The position numbers and the translations under genes are program-made. The notes under the pieces were generated by a model, which was not told the DNA's origin, made no database searches, and saw only the letters and a list, made by a program, of their open reading frames with translations. A DNA stretch of 64,000 nt from an uncultured delta proteobacterium (GTDB lineage Bacteria > Desulfobacterota > BSN033 > UBA1163). The DNA lies in NCBI GenBank assembly GCA_963708295.1, contig CAVPSJ010000006.1, positions 8,635 through 72,634 of the forward strand. Reading direction: 5' to 3'. Shown one piece after another: positions 9,584-18,979 of this stretch. Each line of letters begins with the position of its first letter. Positions within the stretch are counted from its first letter, which is position 1.

Positions 9584-10198
9584 TCAGGTCTTGGACGAAA
9601 GCGAAACGATCTTTCCGCCCACCGCCAGGGTCTGGACGATGACCCCTTTCAGGGATTCGATGATGCCTAGATACAGGGGTGAATGCTTTGGCACACAAAT
9701 CCCATTAATCAATCTTTCCTCATGGACTTCGGAATAACCGTCCGCGATCTTGAACATCGACCTTCCCTGCTCGCCGACTTGTTGGGCGAGGGATTTACTC
9801 CCGGTGGCGAACAGGTTCGGCAGATTTTTCAGAAGTTCCGTCGTTTCTTGAAAGAGATCGTTCACCTCTTTATCAGCCTGATCACTGAAGACGATATGGT
9901 TTTCAAATTTCCCCCTCACCCGATCCAAAGTACTCTGAATATTGTAAGTCAAGAGACCCAGGCTGGAGGCGATGGAAAGATAAGGCTTGATCTGTTCCTT
10001 CTCCTTTTCAGCCGGCGGGGTCTTCGAAATAATGAACCCGGTTAATTCTGAAGAGGTTTCGTAGATCTTATCTTCGAACACTTCCACTTCTCTGAACGAC
10101 GCCTCTGTGGGCCTCTGAAACCCCTCAAAGGCCAATTCCAGCATCCTCATTAAGTTCTGACAAACCAGGATCATCTTTCCCTTTATTTCCTTATCCAT
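9584..10198 (-). CDS. Stand-alone PhoU-like domain protein
   Basis: FSDQADKEV and HEERLINGIC...LYLGIIESL resemble Na/Pi-cotransporter PhoU repeats. Confidence 0.6.
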   Translation of the reverse strand: MDKEIKGKMILVCQNLMRMLELAFEGFQRPTEASFREVEVFEDKIYETSSELTGFIISKTPPAEKEKEQIKPYLSIASSLGLLTYNIQSTLDRVRGKFENHIVFSDQADKEVNDLFQETTELLKNLPNLFATGSKSLAQQVGEQGRSMFKIADGYSEVHEERLINGICVPKHSPLYLGIIESLKGVIVQTLAVGGKIVSLSSKT

Positions 10199-10311
10199 CT
10201 TCCCTCTCTCCAATGAATTTAAGGATCTTTCCGCCCAAAGATGACCGGCCTTCCGCTTCACCTGTCTTTCCAAAGACTAAGACCTGCTCTATGAGAATTC
10301 TAAACCTTAAC

Positions 10312-11566
10312 CTAAAACAAGTTCAGTTGCTCTTTGACTTCCGCTTCTCCTCTTCTCTCGGGAAAGAGATTGATTTTGCCGTAGACGCCATCATGGCCCG
10401 GAACGATTGAAACCTTTCCCTGCCTCATCCGGACAATCCCATCCAGGATCGGGGGGGGGAGCAAAGGAAGCCAGTTCATCCGGAGTGGCGTCGAGAAGAA
10501 TTCTAAATTCCGATCCCCCCCTCTCGATCAGCCTTTCATACTCAGCTTCGACTGCCTTCGTCCCAACTCCAACGGCCAGAGCTTCCGCGACGATCTCCTC
10601 CAGAGGAATAAGGTGGATGGAGGGAATGGCGTTCTTCGGAATAAAGCCCTCCGGTCGGTCGGCGAGTTCCTCCACGCGGTGCATCACCCCGATCGTCAAC
10701 TTTTTGCGGCAACTGGGGCAAAGATACTGGTGTGCCTTGGTCTGAGACGGAGAGAAGCACACGCCGCATTCCCGATGACCGTCGTAATGATACTTCCCCT
10801 CCTCCGGAAAAAATTCGATGGTGAAGAGAAGTCTCCTCCGGTCCTTCTTTCGAATCGTTTCGGCGATCTCCCTGTAATCCAGCGGGCAATCGAAGACGTT
10901 CGCTTCCCGTCCCAGCCGGTTCGGGGAGTGGGCGTCGGAATTGGACAAGAGGGTCAGGGAATCGAGAGCGGACAACCTCCAGTTCATTTCAGGATCCGAT
11001 GAGAGGCCTGTTTCAACGGCATGAATATGCGAAGACAGTTCCTCGAAACATTCCTGAATGGAGTCGAACCCCGAGTTCGCTCCAAAAATCGAAAACCAGG
11101 GTGTCCAGATATGAGCGGGGATGATCAGGCAATCCGGGGAGATATCCAGGACCATCTTCGCCAATTCCTTTGCTGTAAAACCAAAAATAGGTCTCCCATC
11201 CGATGAGAGTTTCCCGAGGTTTCCCAGCCTGGAACGGATGGCCTCGACCACTTCAAAGCCGGGGGCAAAAATGAGAGTGTGGATCCGTCCTGCCCCTTTC
11301 CATTCTGAGTATAAATATTGCAGACCTCGGTCGTTAAAATGATACTGAACTCCCGTTTCTTCCTTCTTCAGCTTGAAGAGCCCATTCCCTGACGGCTCCA
11401 GCTTGGACCTCAGTTCCGCGAAATAAGTGGGATGGGTGAAGTCCCCCGTACCGAGGAGAGCAATCCCTTTTTTCTTTGCCCACCGCGCAAGGGTTTCTAC
11501 CTCCATCTCCTTGCTGGTGGCCCGACTGTATTTGGAATGAATATGAAAATCCGCAATAAATCGCAT
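10312..11566 (-). CDS. Endonuclease Q / PHP-domain protein (frameshifted as assembled)
   Basis: ADFHIHSKYSRATS, GTGDFTHP, PAHIWTPW, NSDAHS, GKYHYDGHR, Zn ribbon; compensating shifts near 11290-11340 and a shift in the G-run near 10451; true C-terminus GHDGVYG...EQLNLF. Confidence 0.85.
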
Positions 11567-11579
11567 CGTCTAACCCTTG

Positions 11580-11711
11580 AAATCCGAAGCACGAAATCCG
11601 AAATACGAAACAATTTCAAAATTCTAAATCCGAATGTTCAAAACTTGTTTAGAATCTTCGTCATTCGGAATTCGAGTTTGTTTCGTGCTTCGATATTCGA
11701 ATTTCGAATTT
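11580..11711. repeat. Palindromic 7-bp-periodic element (AAATCCG/AAGCACG type)
   Basis: aaatccgaagcacgaaatccgaaatacgaaac ... gtttcgtgcttcgatattcgaatttcgaattt; relatives at 36022 and 51678. Confidence 0.75.
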
Positions 11712-11724
11712 GAGAGAGCAAACA

Positions 11725-12810
11725 TTAGCATGCACTCTTGGAGAATGTTGCTAGACGTTTTATAGCGTCCATCTTTTCCCGGTCGCCCACCTTGGCTTTT
11801 TCAACCGCGGACTTCAATACCTCAATCGTCCGATCATAGACTTGTCGATCCACGGGATAGGGATGGCCATCTTTCCCTCCATGGGCAAAGCTGAATCGCG
11901 TCGGATCTCTGAAGCTGGGTGAGATTCCGTGAATCAGCTCCGAGATGAGAGCTCAAGGCCCGCAGGCTTTTCGGGCCCACTCCCCGGATTCCAAGAAGTT
12001 CCTCAAAATTCCGGGGCAATGCTCATAGATTTGAATAAACGTTTTCTCCAGCCTCTCCAGGCGAATCTCTTCCATGGGAACGGGATGCTCTCTCGGAAGG
12101 AAAAGCTCATTTACCTTCTTCCCTTCGGCGATCAAAAACTCGGGTTTCTCGTGGGAAAGGTCGGCGATGGATTGCCTGGTCCCCTTACTCTCAGCCGCGA
12201 CGAGATTGAGACCTCTCCTTTTTCTGGTCGCAGCAGACTGCCCAGTGCGGTTCACAGACAAAATCTTTTACCCCCAGGCTCAACCAATGGTATCTCCGGG
12301 CATATCGGTGTCTCTTCATTCATGCCCTGCTGGACCACGGCCCATGGACCCTGGATGGGTGAAAAAGAACGTGTGATGATAGATCTGGTACCCATCCTGA
12401 ACGGCGGCACTATCGACCTTTGCAGACATCCGGCTTGCATAGATCAAGGGGCCTCCGTCCACCGACCCTCCGGTCGCAAATCTCCTCGATCTCAAGCGGG
12501 GTCTTTCGTGGAGGTCCTTCCTTTCCCGCCTGCGATGATAGAATCCCAGCTCCTCCTCCATCCCTTTGATCCCCTCTTTCAGGGCACCACAGACGGTCGT
12601 GGTCACGCCGCTCGAATGCCAATCAAACCCCAGCGCACAGCCGAAGGCCTGAAACCAGAAGGGATCGGAAAGCCGGGAAAGCATTTCTTCCGTCCCGAAA
12701 ACGTCGATGATGAAAAGGGTGATCTCTTTCGCGAGGCTCTTCATCCTCTGAAAGAGCCATGAGGGCGCCTTCCCATAATGGAGCGGAAGATGAGCCACGC
12801 CTGTCTTCAT
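11725..12810 (-). CDS. DUF763 family protein (multiple frameshifts as assembled)
   Basis: LPLHYGKAPSWLF, GFDWHSSGVTT, KVDSAAVQDGY, GVGPKSLRAL, FAHGGKDGHPYPVD spread over several frames. Confidence 0.85.
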
Positions 12811-12921
12811 CTCTACCCTCTTCGCCTACGGGAATAAAATATCAGACCCTTCATTTCGTCTTACGATCTTACTCGCTCCCCTCCCCCGTCAAGAGACGGT
12901 GTGGCTGAAATTCCAAAAAAC

Positions 12922-13082
12922 GGGACAGACAGACGGGTGAAAAAGCTTTAGCGCGCAACCTTTGCCCCTTAGGACTCAGGGGCTCTAAGTCCATTCAAAA
13001 ATCGAATTTTTTGAGGCAACGACAGTTCCCCCTACCCTTAAACGTGCGCATTCTAAAACTTTGGAATCCGGCTGTTTGTTAC
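12922..13082. mobile_element. ~160-bp terminal-inverted-repeat element (copy 2)
   Basis: Shares gggacagacagacgggtga.aaagctttag.gcgcaacc and cttaaacgtgcgcattcta...gctgtttgt with 3186-3347. Confidence 0.7.
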
Positions 13083-13134
13083 GTCTTTATCTTCCTTTGA
13101 TATACGAATGCAATCTCTCAGTGATAGGTCGGGG

Positions 13135-13392
13135 TCACCCCGCGAGCTTATAAACGACGTCGTGTTCTCTCACCCGGTCTTTGATCTTAATCCCGATGTC
13201 CGCACCCGGCCCCGCCTCCTGGACACTCGCGTTTTCAATCTGCATGGAGTCGATTCCTTGAGTGACATCGGTCGTGTGGCCTACGATGTGGATGGTCTCC
13301 CCCACCTTCAACGACCCCTCGGATAGCCGTATCGCGGCAACGCCGATTTTTCCAAAATATTTGATCACCTCGCCTATTTTCTTCTCCTCCAT
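13135..13392 (-). CDS. Small translation-elongation-factor-like beta-barrel protein
   Basis: IGEVIKYFGKIGVAAI...LKVGETIHIVGHTTD...SMQIE...VREHDVVY. Confidence 0.8.
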   Translation of the reverse strand: MEEKKIGEVIKYFGKIGVAAIRLSEGSLKVGETIHIVGHTTDVTQGIDSMQIENASVQEAGPGADIGIKIKDRVREHDVVYKLAG

Positions 13393-13415
13393 CTTCCCCC
13401 TCCTTTCTTAGAACT

Positions 13416-14453
13416 TCAACGGATGCCTATTTCCTCGAGGCCTTCCAAAACGTCCTTCACTTCGACCGCCCTGAGACACTCCGGGTCCCTGCATTGGAAG
13501 AATTTCTCTTGAGAACACGGAGAGCAGTGGATTCCCCTCCAAACCACAAACGTCTCTTCCCCCCTCGGGGACCAGACGCTTTGGTCCGTGGGACCAAAGA
13601 TGGCCAGTGTCGGAAGTCCTAACGCAGCCGCCATGTGAGAGATACCGGAATCATTTCCAACGAAAAACCGGCATCCGTCCATCACAGAGGCCAGCTGGAG
13701 AAGCGTCAGCCCCTTCGCCAGGACCGGGGAGTTGGGTCCCGTTGTTTCAAACGCCTTCCGGACCTCTGGCCCCTCGGCCGGGCCAAGAACGACAAGGATT
13801 TTTGAGTGATAACGATCTTGAAGGATACGAGCGAGATTCAAGAATCGATCCAGCGGCCACGCCTTCTTCTTGCTCCCGCTCCCCGGATGGAGGATGAACA
13901 CCTTCGACCGTTCTCCCGGGGACACCCCCCGGCTTTCCCAGAAATTTCTTGCCCACTCTCGGTCCGACTTCTTTAAATAGAGCCTGGGATTGGGTCCGGA
14001 GGGGCGAATCCCGTACTGGTCAAGCTGCTTGAGAAGATGATCGGTGATATGAACCTTCTCATCCAAAGGCGGAAAGGGGTGGATGGGAAGGATTTGTCCC
14101 TGACACACTCTCTTCAAATTTCCGATCACCGTTCCCTCTCCGTCCTTTCCAAAGGCAACGATGAGATCGAATGTCTTGAAGAACTCCGAGAGCGTAAAAT
14201 CTAGATTCCCTTCTCGAGTAAAGAAGGAGGCCATTCCTTTTTGGTCCACCGAGAAGATGTCATCCGCGTAGAATCGCTCGTGCGCCAACTCCAGGATTCG
14301 CGGATATCCCATGATCACTGATTTCGCATGCGGAAAAGCCTTTCGAAGGGTTTCGAGGGTGGGCAACGCAAGAATGAAATCACCCAGGGCGCCCTGGTGA
14401 AGGATCAGGATGGATTGAACCTCAGGGTCTTTTTTTGAATCAGGAGAGGCCAT
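13416..14453 (-). CDS. Glycosyltransferase family 9 (ADP-heptose:LPS heptosyltransferase-like)
   Basis: GALGDFIL, HPGSGSKKKAWP, GNDSGISHMAAALG, FGPT; start uncertain (ORF open to 14633). Confidence 0.9.
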   Translation of the reverse strand: MASPDSKKDPEVQSILILHQGALGDFILALPTLETLRKAFPHAKSVIMGYPRILELAHERFYADDIFSVDQKGMASFFTREGNLDFTLSEFFKTFDLIVAFGKDGEGTVIGNLKRVCQGQILPIHPFPPLDEKVHITDHLLKQLDQYGIRPSGPNPRLYLKKSDREWARNFWESRGVSPGERSKVFILHPGSGSKKKAWPLDRFLNLARILQDRYHSKILVVLGPAEGPEVRKAFETTGPNSPVLAKGLTLLQLASVMDGCRFFVGNDSGISHMAAALGLPTLAIFGPTDQSVWSPRGEETFVVWRGIHCSPCSQEKFFQCRDPECLRAVEVKDVLEGLEEIGIR

Positions 14454-14660
14454 CCGTTTTTTCCTCTCAGTCAGGAAATTTTTCCCGGATGCTTCCGATG
14501 AAGCACCCCATGGAAGGCCCCTTGCTGAAGACCATTCCTTCACCGTCCCAAAAGTGACCCCGGAATCATCGATATTGCTCCGGTTCATGACCTGGCAAAC
14601 ACTCGCCTGGATGACAAAATCCTTTTCTAACATCGGACCTCAGCCACGATTCCTTCGGCT

Positions 14661-15050
14661 TTAAGAGGGATCGACCTCTTTCTCCAACGCCCTCTCGATC
14701 GCGTCCAATAGCTCCTCGGGGTCGTAAGGTTTCTTTACGTAGAAACGAGCCCCCAGCGCCATAGCCTTTTCCTCCGAGTTCCTATCCGGGCTCCCCGTCA
14801 GAAAGATCACCGGAACAGCAACGGTATCCGTGGACTCCCTCAATTTCTCGGCAACGCTGAATCCATTCCCCGCCGGCATTCGGATATCCAGGAGGATGAG
14901 ATCCGGTTTTTCTTTGAGGGCCATGAAAATACCCTGAGCCCCGTCAAAGGCGGTGACGACTTCATATCCCGCTCGACTGAGCCGGATCGTCAACGCCTTG
15001 ACAATATCCCGCTCGTCATCGACGATAAGAATCCTTTTTTTCTCCCCCAT
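14661..15050 (-). CDS. Single-domain response regulator (receiver)
   Basis: ILIVDDE, PDLILLDIRMP, VIFLTG, KPY. Confidence 0.93.
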   Translation of the reverse strand: MGEKKRILIVDDERDIVKALTIRLSRAGYEVVTAFDGAQGIFMALKEKPDLILLDIRMPAGNGFSVAEKLRESTDTVAVPVIFLTGSPDRNSEEKAMALGARFYVKKPYDPEELLDAIERALEKEVDPS

Positions 15051-15121
15051 ATTCTCCCCACTCTCCCCCTCGGCTCTTTATGATCTCCCGGCTATTCTTG
15101 AACCATGCATCGGGCCATGCA

Positions 15122-16432
15122 TCAAGGGCTCATCCCCTTCGTCTCCTGCGAACGCGGGTCAGGGGAGTCCCCCTGAAGCCAGCCTGCCATCTCGTCCCTT
15201 GTTTGATGGAAAGCCTCCATCTCTCCCTTTTCGATGGGAAAGCCCGTAGGAAAGATTTCTCTCAGCGGATTCCGGAAATGTCCATCTTTGGACAGCCGAT
15301 AGTCCAGATGGGGCCCGGTGGAAAGACCGGTCGATCCGACATATCCGATGATCTGTTTCTGGCTCACCCGCGCTCCCCTTCTGATCCCAGGGCCAAAACC
15401 GGAAAGATGACCATAGTAGGTGGTATACCCGTTCATATGGCGGAGGATAACCTGATTCCCGAATCCACCATTCCATCCGCACGACGTAACGGTTCCGTCG
15501 GACACAGCCCATATCGGCGTACCGGGCGGAGCCGCGTAATCCACGCCATAATGGGGTCGCAGTCCTCCCAGGATCGGGTGTTTTCTGGCCTGGCTGAATT
15601 TCGAGCTAATCCGGTTAAACCTCAAAGGAACTTTCAAGAAGGCTCGCTTCAAGGAAATTCCTTTCCCGTTATAATATCCGTCCTTATACCGGATTCCTTG
15701 AATGATCCTTTCTCCCCTCTGGTACTCTACGGCACGGATCGGTCCATATTGGATAAATTGATCTCCTTTATAAAGTTTCTCCACGACCACTTTGAATCGA
15801 TCCCCCTCCCGGACATCTTTATAAAAATCGATTTCCCAGGCCAGGATTTCCGCAAAGGCAATCGTCAAGGGATCCTGCTCCCCGGCCGCGTCCATCGCCT
15901 CGAAGAGAGAGGAACGAATCTCTCCAACGACTTTGACCAGACGGCTTTCCAGGAGAACTTTCTTTCTTTGGACAACGTACCCTTCGGAATCTTTCTCAAT
16001 CTCATAAATCTCCGTAGGACTCGCTTCATAAATGAACCTTACCAGCTCTCCCTTCATATCATGGAAGTACTGGTAAGTTCCTCCTTTGATCTTCCTAAAA
16101 TTAACGTGCGGTTTTAGTTTCGAGATAATGAGATCGATCCATTGAAGAGGAATGCCCTTCTCGGATAAGGATTGGAAAAGGGTGCTCCGGTCTTTCACCT
16201 TCCCTTCAATGGTTTGGAGCGGGGGCTCCTGTGAAGCCGACGAAACGGGAGCAGGAGTAGGAGCGGTAGCGGGAGGCGGTGGAGGGGTGGAGGGGATGAC
16301 AAAAAAGTAGACCAGGAAGAAAAGGCCGACGAGAGAAAATCCTGAGAGAAGAAACCATTTCCGCCTCTTCCTCTTGGCCTTAAAAGGTCTTCCTTCGAAC
16401 CGACCCAATTTCCCCGACTCTAATGGCTCCAT
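15122..16432 (-). CDS. M23 family peptidoglycan DD-endopeptidase (MepM-like)
   Basis: N-terminal TM; HYGVDYAA, YGHLS, STGPHLDY. Confidence 0.92.
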   Translation of the reverse strand: MEPLESGKLGRFEGRPFKAKRKRRKWFLLSGFSLVGLFFLVYFFVIPSTPPPPPATAPTPAPVSSASQEPPLQTIEGKVKDRSTLFQSLSEKGIPLQWIDLIISKLKPHVNFRKIKGGTYQYFHDMKGELVRFIYEASPTEIYEIEKDSEGYVVQRKKVLLESRLVKVVGEIRSSLFEAMDAAGEQDPLTIAFAEILAWEIDFYKDVREGDRFKVVVEKLYKGDQFIQYGPIRAVEYQRGERIIQGIRYKDGYYNGKGISLKRAFLKVPLRFNRISSKFSQARKHPILGGLRPHYGVDYAAPPGTPIWAVSDGTVTSCGWNGGFGNQVILRHMNGYTTYYGHLSGFGPGIRRGARVSQKQIIGYVGSTGLSTGPHLDYRLSKDGHFRNPLREIFPTGFPIEKGEMEAFHQTRDEMAGWLQGDSPDPRSQETKGMSP

Positions 16433-16480
16433 GTTGGGCTCTTCATCTTAAATTTGCAGAAAAACCATCCCGAAAAGGTG

Positions 16481-17467
16481 TCATAGCATCCCCCTCAAGA
16501 AACGCGAGGCATCTTCGGGAGGCGTGGGATTGACAAAAAAACCCGTCCCCCATTCGAACCCTTCCCTCAGTCCGATTCGTAATCGGGTTTCCATGTGCCA
16601 GTGGTATTCCGACCGGTGGAATCGCTGGACGGGAGAAGTGTGCAACGTAAGACTATAGGGCGGATCCGCAAGGAGTTCAAAGAAACAATGGAACAGCGAC
16701 TGAATCCCGGCGGATAGGTCCGCCACCTGTGCTTCGGTGATGTTGTGAAAATCAGGGGAGTGAAACTTTGGGACGATCCAGGTTTCAAAGGGGTAGCGTG
16801 AGGCAAACGGGGAGAAGATCAAGAAATGGACGGTTTCCAGAATCACCCTTTTCTTAACCGAGATTTCTTCCTTAAGGATGTCACAGAAAATACAGCGCTC
16901 CTTCCGTTGATAGTAATCCAGCGTCCCGTAGATCTCCTCGTCGATTCGCTTCGGGATGACCGGCATCGCCAGGATGTGGGAATGGGGGTGGCGGTTAAAG
17001 ATGCCCGGGTAATTCTTCAAGATCAGGAACTGCTCAAATCGCCGATCCTTTCCCAACTCGATCAGCCTCCCCTTATAGGCCAACAGGATTTTCTCAATCT
17101 GCCTCGGATCAAAAGTGGCCAGGTTCTGATCATGCTCAGGAGCCTCGACAACGATCTCATGGGCGCCGATGGCCTCCATGACATCGTACATCCCCTCCGG
17201 TCTCCGGTCGAAAGTCCCTTCGATATGGAAGAAAGGGAACTTATTCGGAATCACCCGAACGGACCATCTTCCCCCTCCCTCCTGTTTCAACGAAAAAGTC
17301 TCCTGGGGGGTCATCCCTTCGTTGCCCGGACAGAAGGGACAGGGCCCCTCCGTGTCACGGCGGCCGAAAGGCGGCTTGAAGGAAAGGTAATCCGCCGGCC
17401 CTTTGGGATCGTCGTTGGTCACCACCACCCACATTCCTGTCACAGGCTCTCTTCTCAGTTCTGCCAT
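16481..17467 (-). CDS. GalT-like nucleotidyltransferase/phosphorylase (divergent active site)
   Basis: ELRREPVTG, CPFCPGNE, RVIPNKFP, GAHEIVVE, HPHSH, CIFCD, GFEWGTG. Confidence 0.85.
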   Translation of the reverse strand: MAELRREPVTGMWVVVTNDDPKGPADYLSFKPPFGRRDTEGPCPFCPGNEGMTPQETFSLKQEGGGRWSVRVIPNKFPFFHIEGTFDRRPEGMYDVMEAIGAHEIVVEAPEHDQNLATFDPRQIEKILLAYKGRLIELGKDRRFEQFLILKNYPGIFNRHPHSHILAMPVIPKRIDEEIYGTLDYYQRKERCIFCDILKEEISVKKRVILETVHFLIFSPFASRYPFETWIVPKFHSPDFHNITEAQVADLSAGIQSLFHCFFELLADPPYSLTLHTSPVQRFHRSEYHWHMETRLRIGLREGFEWGTGFFVNPTPPEDASRFLRGML

Positions 17468-17477
17468 CGCACCCTTT

Positions 17478-18065
17478 CTAAAAGAGGAGGGACTGGTAAA
17501 TATATTGTCTTCCCCGATGGGAATCTTCTTTTCCCATGATCGCCCCCTCGACTCGCACAACGAGACGCTTCTTGTAAAGATTGAGAAGCCGCGTGCCGCT
17601 CGTGTTCATCTCAATCCCTTCCTCCTCCGATAATTCCCTGAGCGTCAACTGCCTCCTCTTCATCACCCGGGTCAGCGTGTGGACCAAATAATTATTCAGC
17701 GAACCGATCAGTTCCCATTCTTCCGTCCCCGTGGCCAGGACCGCCAATTTTTTTCTTTCCAGGGCGACGCCGATGTTCTCCACTTGTGAGGGACTGAGAT
17801 TTTTCAGGAGAAGAAACTTTTCGCCGTATTCACCACTCCACAACCGGGAGACCATCTTGGCCACAACCTCGTCGGCCCAGGAAAAATCGATGGGCCCCAT
17901 CCCGGAGAAATCGAGGACCAGGCAAACCGATCCCTTCTCCTTTCCCAGAATCCTCTCAAGGCCCTCCCGGATCCGGATACCCCGTGAGCGGCCGGCCATC
18001 TCCTTCGACCCGTTTCTCAACAGGGCGTGGGTCAGTTTCCTCAGAGAGAGGGTGCGCTTTTCCAT
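17478..18065 (-). CDS. Hypothetical protein, STAS-like N-terminus plus winged-helix C-terminus
   Basis: LDFSGMGPIDFSWADEVV; LTLRELSEEEGIEMNTSGTRLLNLYKKRLV. Confidence 0.6.
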   Translation of the reverse strand: MEKRTLSLRKLTHALLRNGSKEMAGRSRGIRIREGLERILGKEKGSVCLVLDFSGMGPIDFSWADEVVAKMVSRLWSGEYGEKFLLLKNLSPSQVENIGVALERKKLAVLATGTEEWELIGSLNNYLVHTLTRVMKRRQLTLRELSEEEGIEMNTSGTRLLNLYKKRLVVRVEGAIMGKEDSHRGRQYIYQSLLF

Positions 18066-18465
18066 CGTCGTCTTCTTCTTCTTCTTCAATTGATTCAGTT
18101 GAACCAATTAACCACAATCCTCAGCGCTTGTCAAGTGATTTTTAGGAAACAGTGTCGCCCATTGCAGCCCTGAAGGAAGAGACAATCGAGTTCCTGGCTC
18201 TTATGAATAGGTCCACGAATGAGTAGACATCTGACTAACCCCACCCCCACCCTGCCCTCCCCCTGAAGGGGAGGGAAAGCATTATGTTCCTCCCCCTTCA
18301 AGAGGTTAGGAGGGGGATGGGGATTTTGCCCGAGCAGTATAATCATCTTCTCAATGACGGCCTTATTGATAGCATGCGGTCTTCGAGGAATGGCCAAGCG
18401 TTGCTTGCGGAGAATGGAATCAGGGACCTCAGGTGTTCCATCAAGAGGGCTGCGGGGACACGGTT

Positions 18466-18777
18466 TCAATGAAGAACGGAGTCCGGATCTGTTCGAATCC
18501 GAAAGGGGCCTTCCCAGGGGTGCCGAATCTCATCTACGAGCCGATCCCGGCAGCTCTTGCACATGATCAGGGTGATCTCTTCATAGACATCTTTCTCCAT
18601 CTCCTTAGGGTCCGCCTGTTCAACTTCCTCAAGCAGACTCTTCAATTGTTGATCGACATCCCCGGCCGGTTCTGAAAGGATCCCGTCAAAACCCGAAAAA
18701 ACCTTGATATGGACGACGTAGAATAAGCCGCCCGGCTGGAGACCTTTCCCGCATCTGGAACAATTTCTTCCTTTCAT
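18466..18777 (-). CDS. Small zinc-finger-like hypothetical protein
   Basis: CSRC and CKSC pairs; GGAG RBS. Confidence 0.65.
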   Translation of the reverse strand: MKGRNCSRCGKGLQPGGLFYVVHIKVFSGFDGILSEPAGDVDQQLKSLLEEVEQADPKEMEKDVYEEITLIMCKSCRDRLVDEIRHPWEGPFRIRTDPDSVLH

Positions 18778-18979
18778 CGTTTCCTCGTTAGACTCCCCTC
18801 CCCCTGAGAGACCGTGTCGCAGTATGAAAATGCGCCATTTTCCCCCTTCTTCAAACTTCATTCCAGCTTTCCGGAAAAGGAGAGAGGCGGTCGGGTGAAA
18901 AAGATTTAGAGCGGCAACCTTTAACCGTTTGGATTCATGGTGCTAACCCTATGAAGACGTTCGATTGCGACACAGTCTC

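Noticed and set aside
11725-12810. DUF763 as a genuinely decayed gene
   Set aside because: Only indels, with conserved motifs intact and no nonsense substitutions seen; more like low-quality consensus
14454-14633. N-terminal extension of the GT9 as a novel fused domain
   Set aside because: Could equally be a separate frameshifted small gene; cannot be resolved by eye
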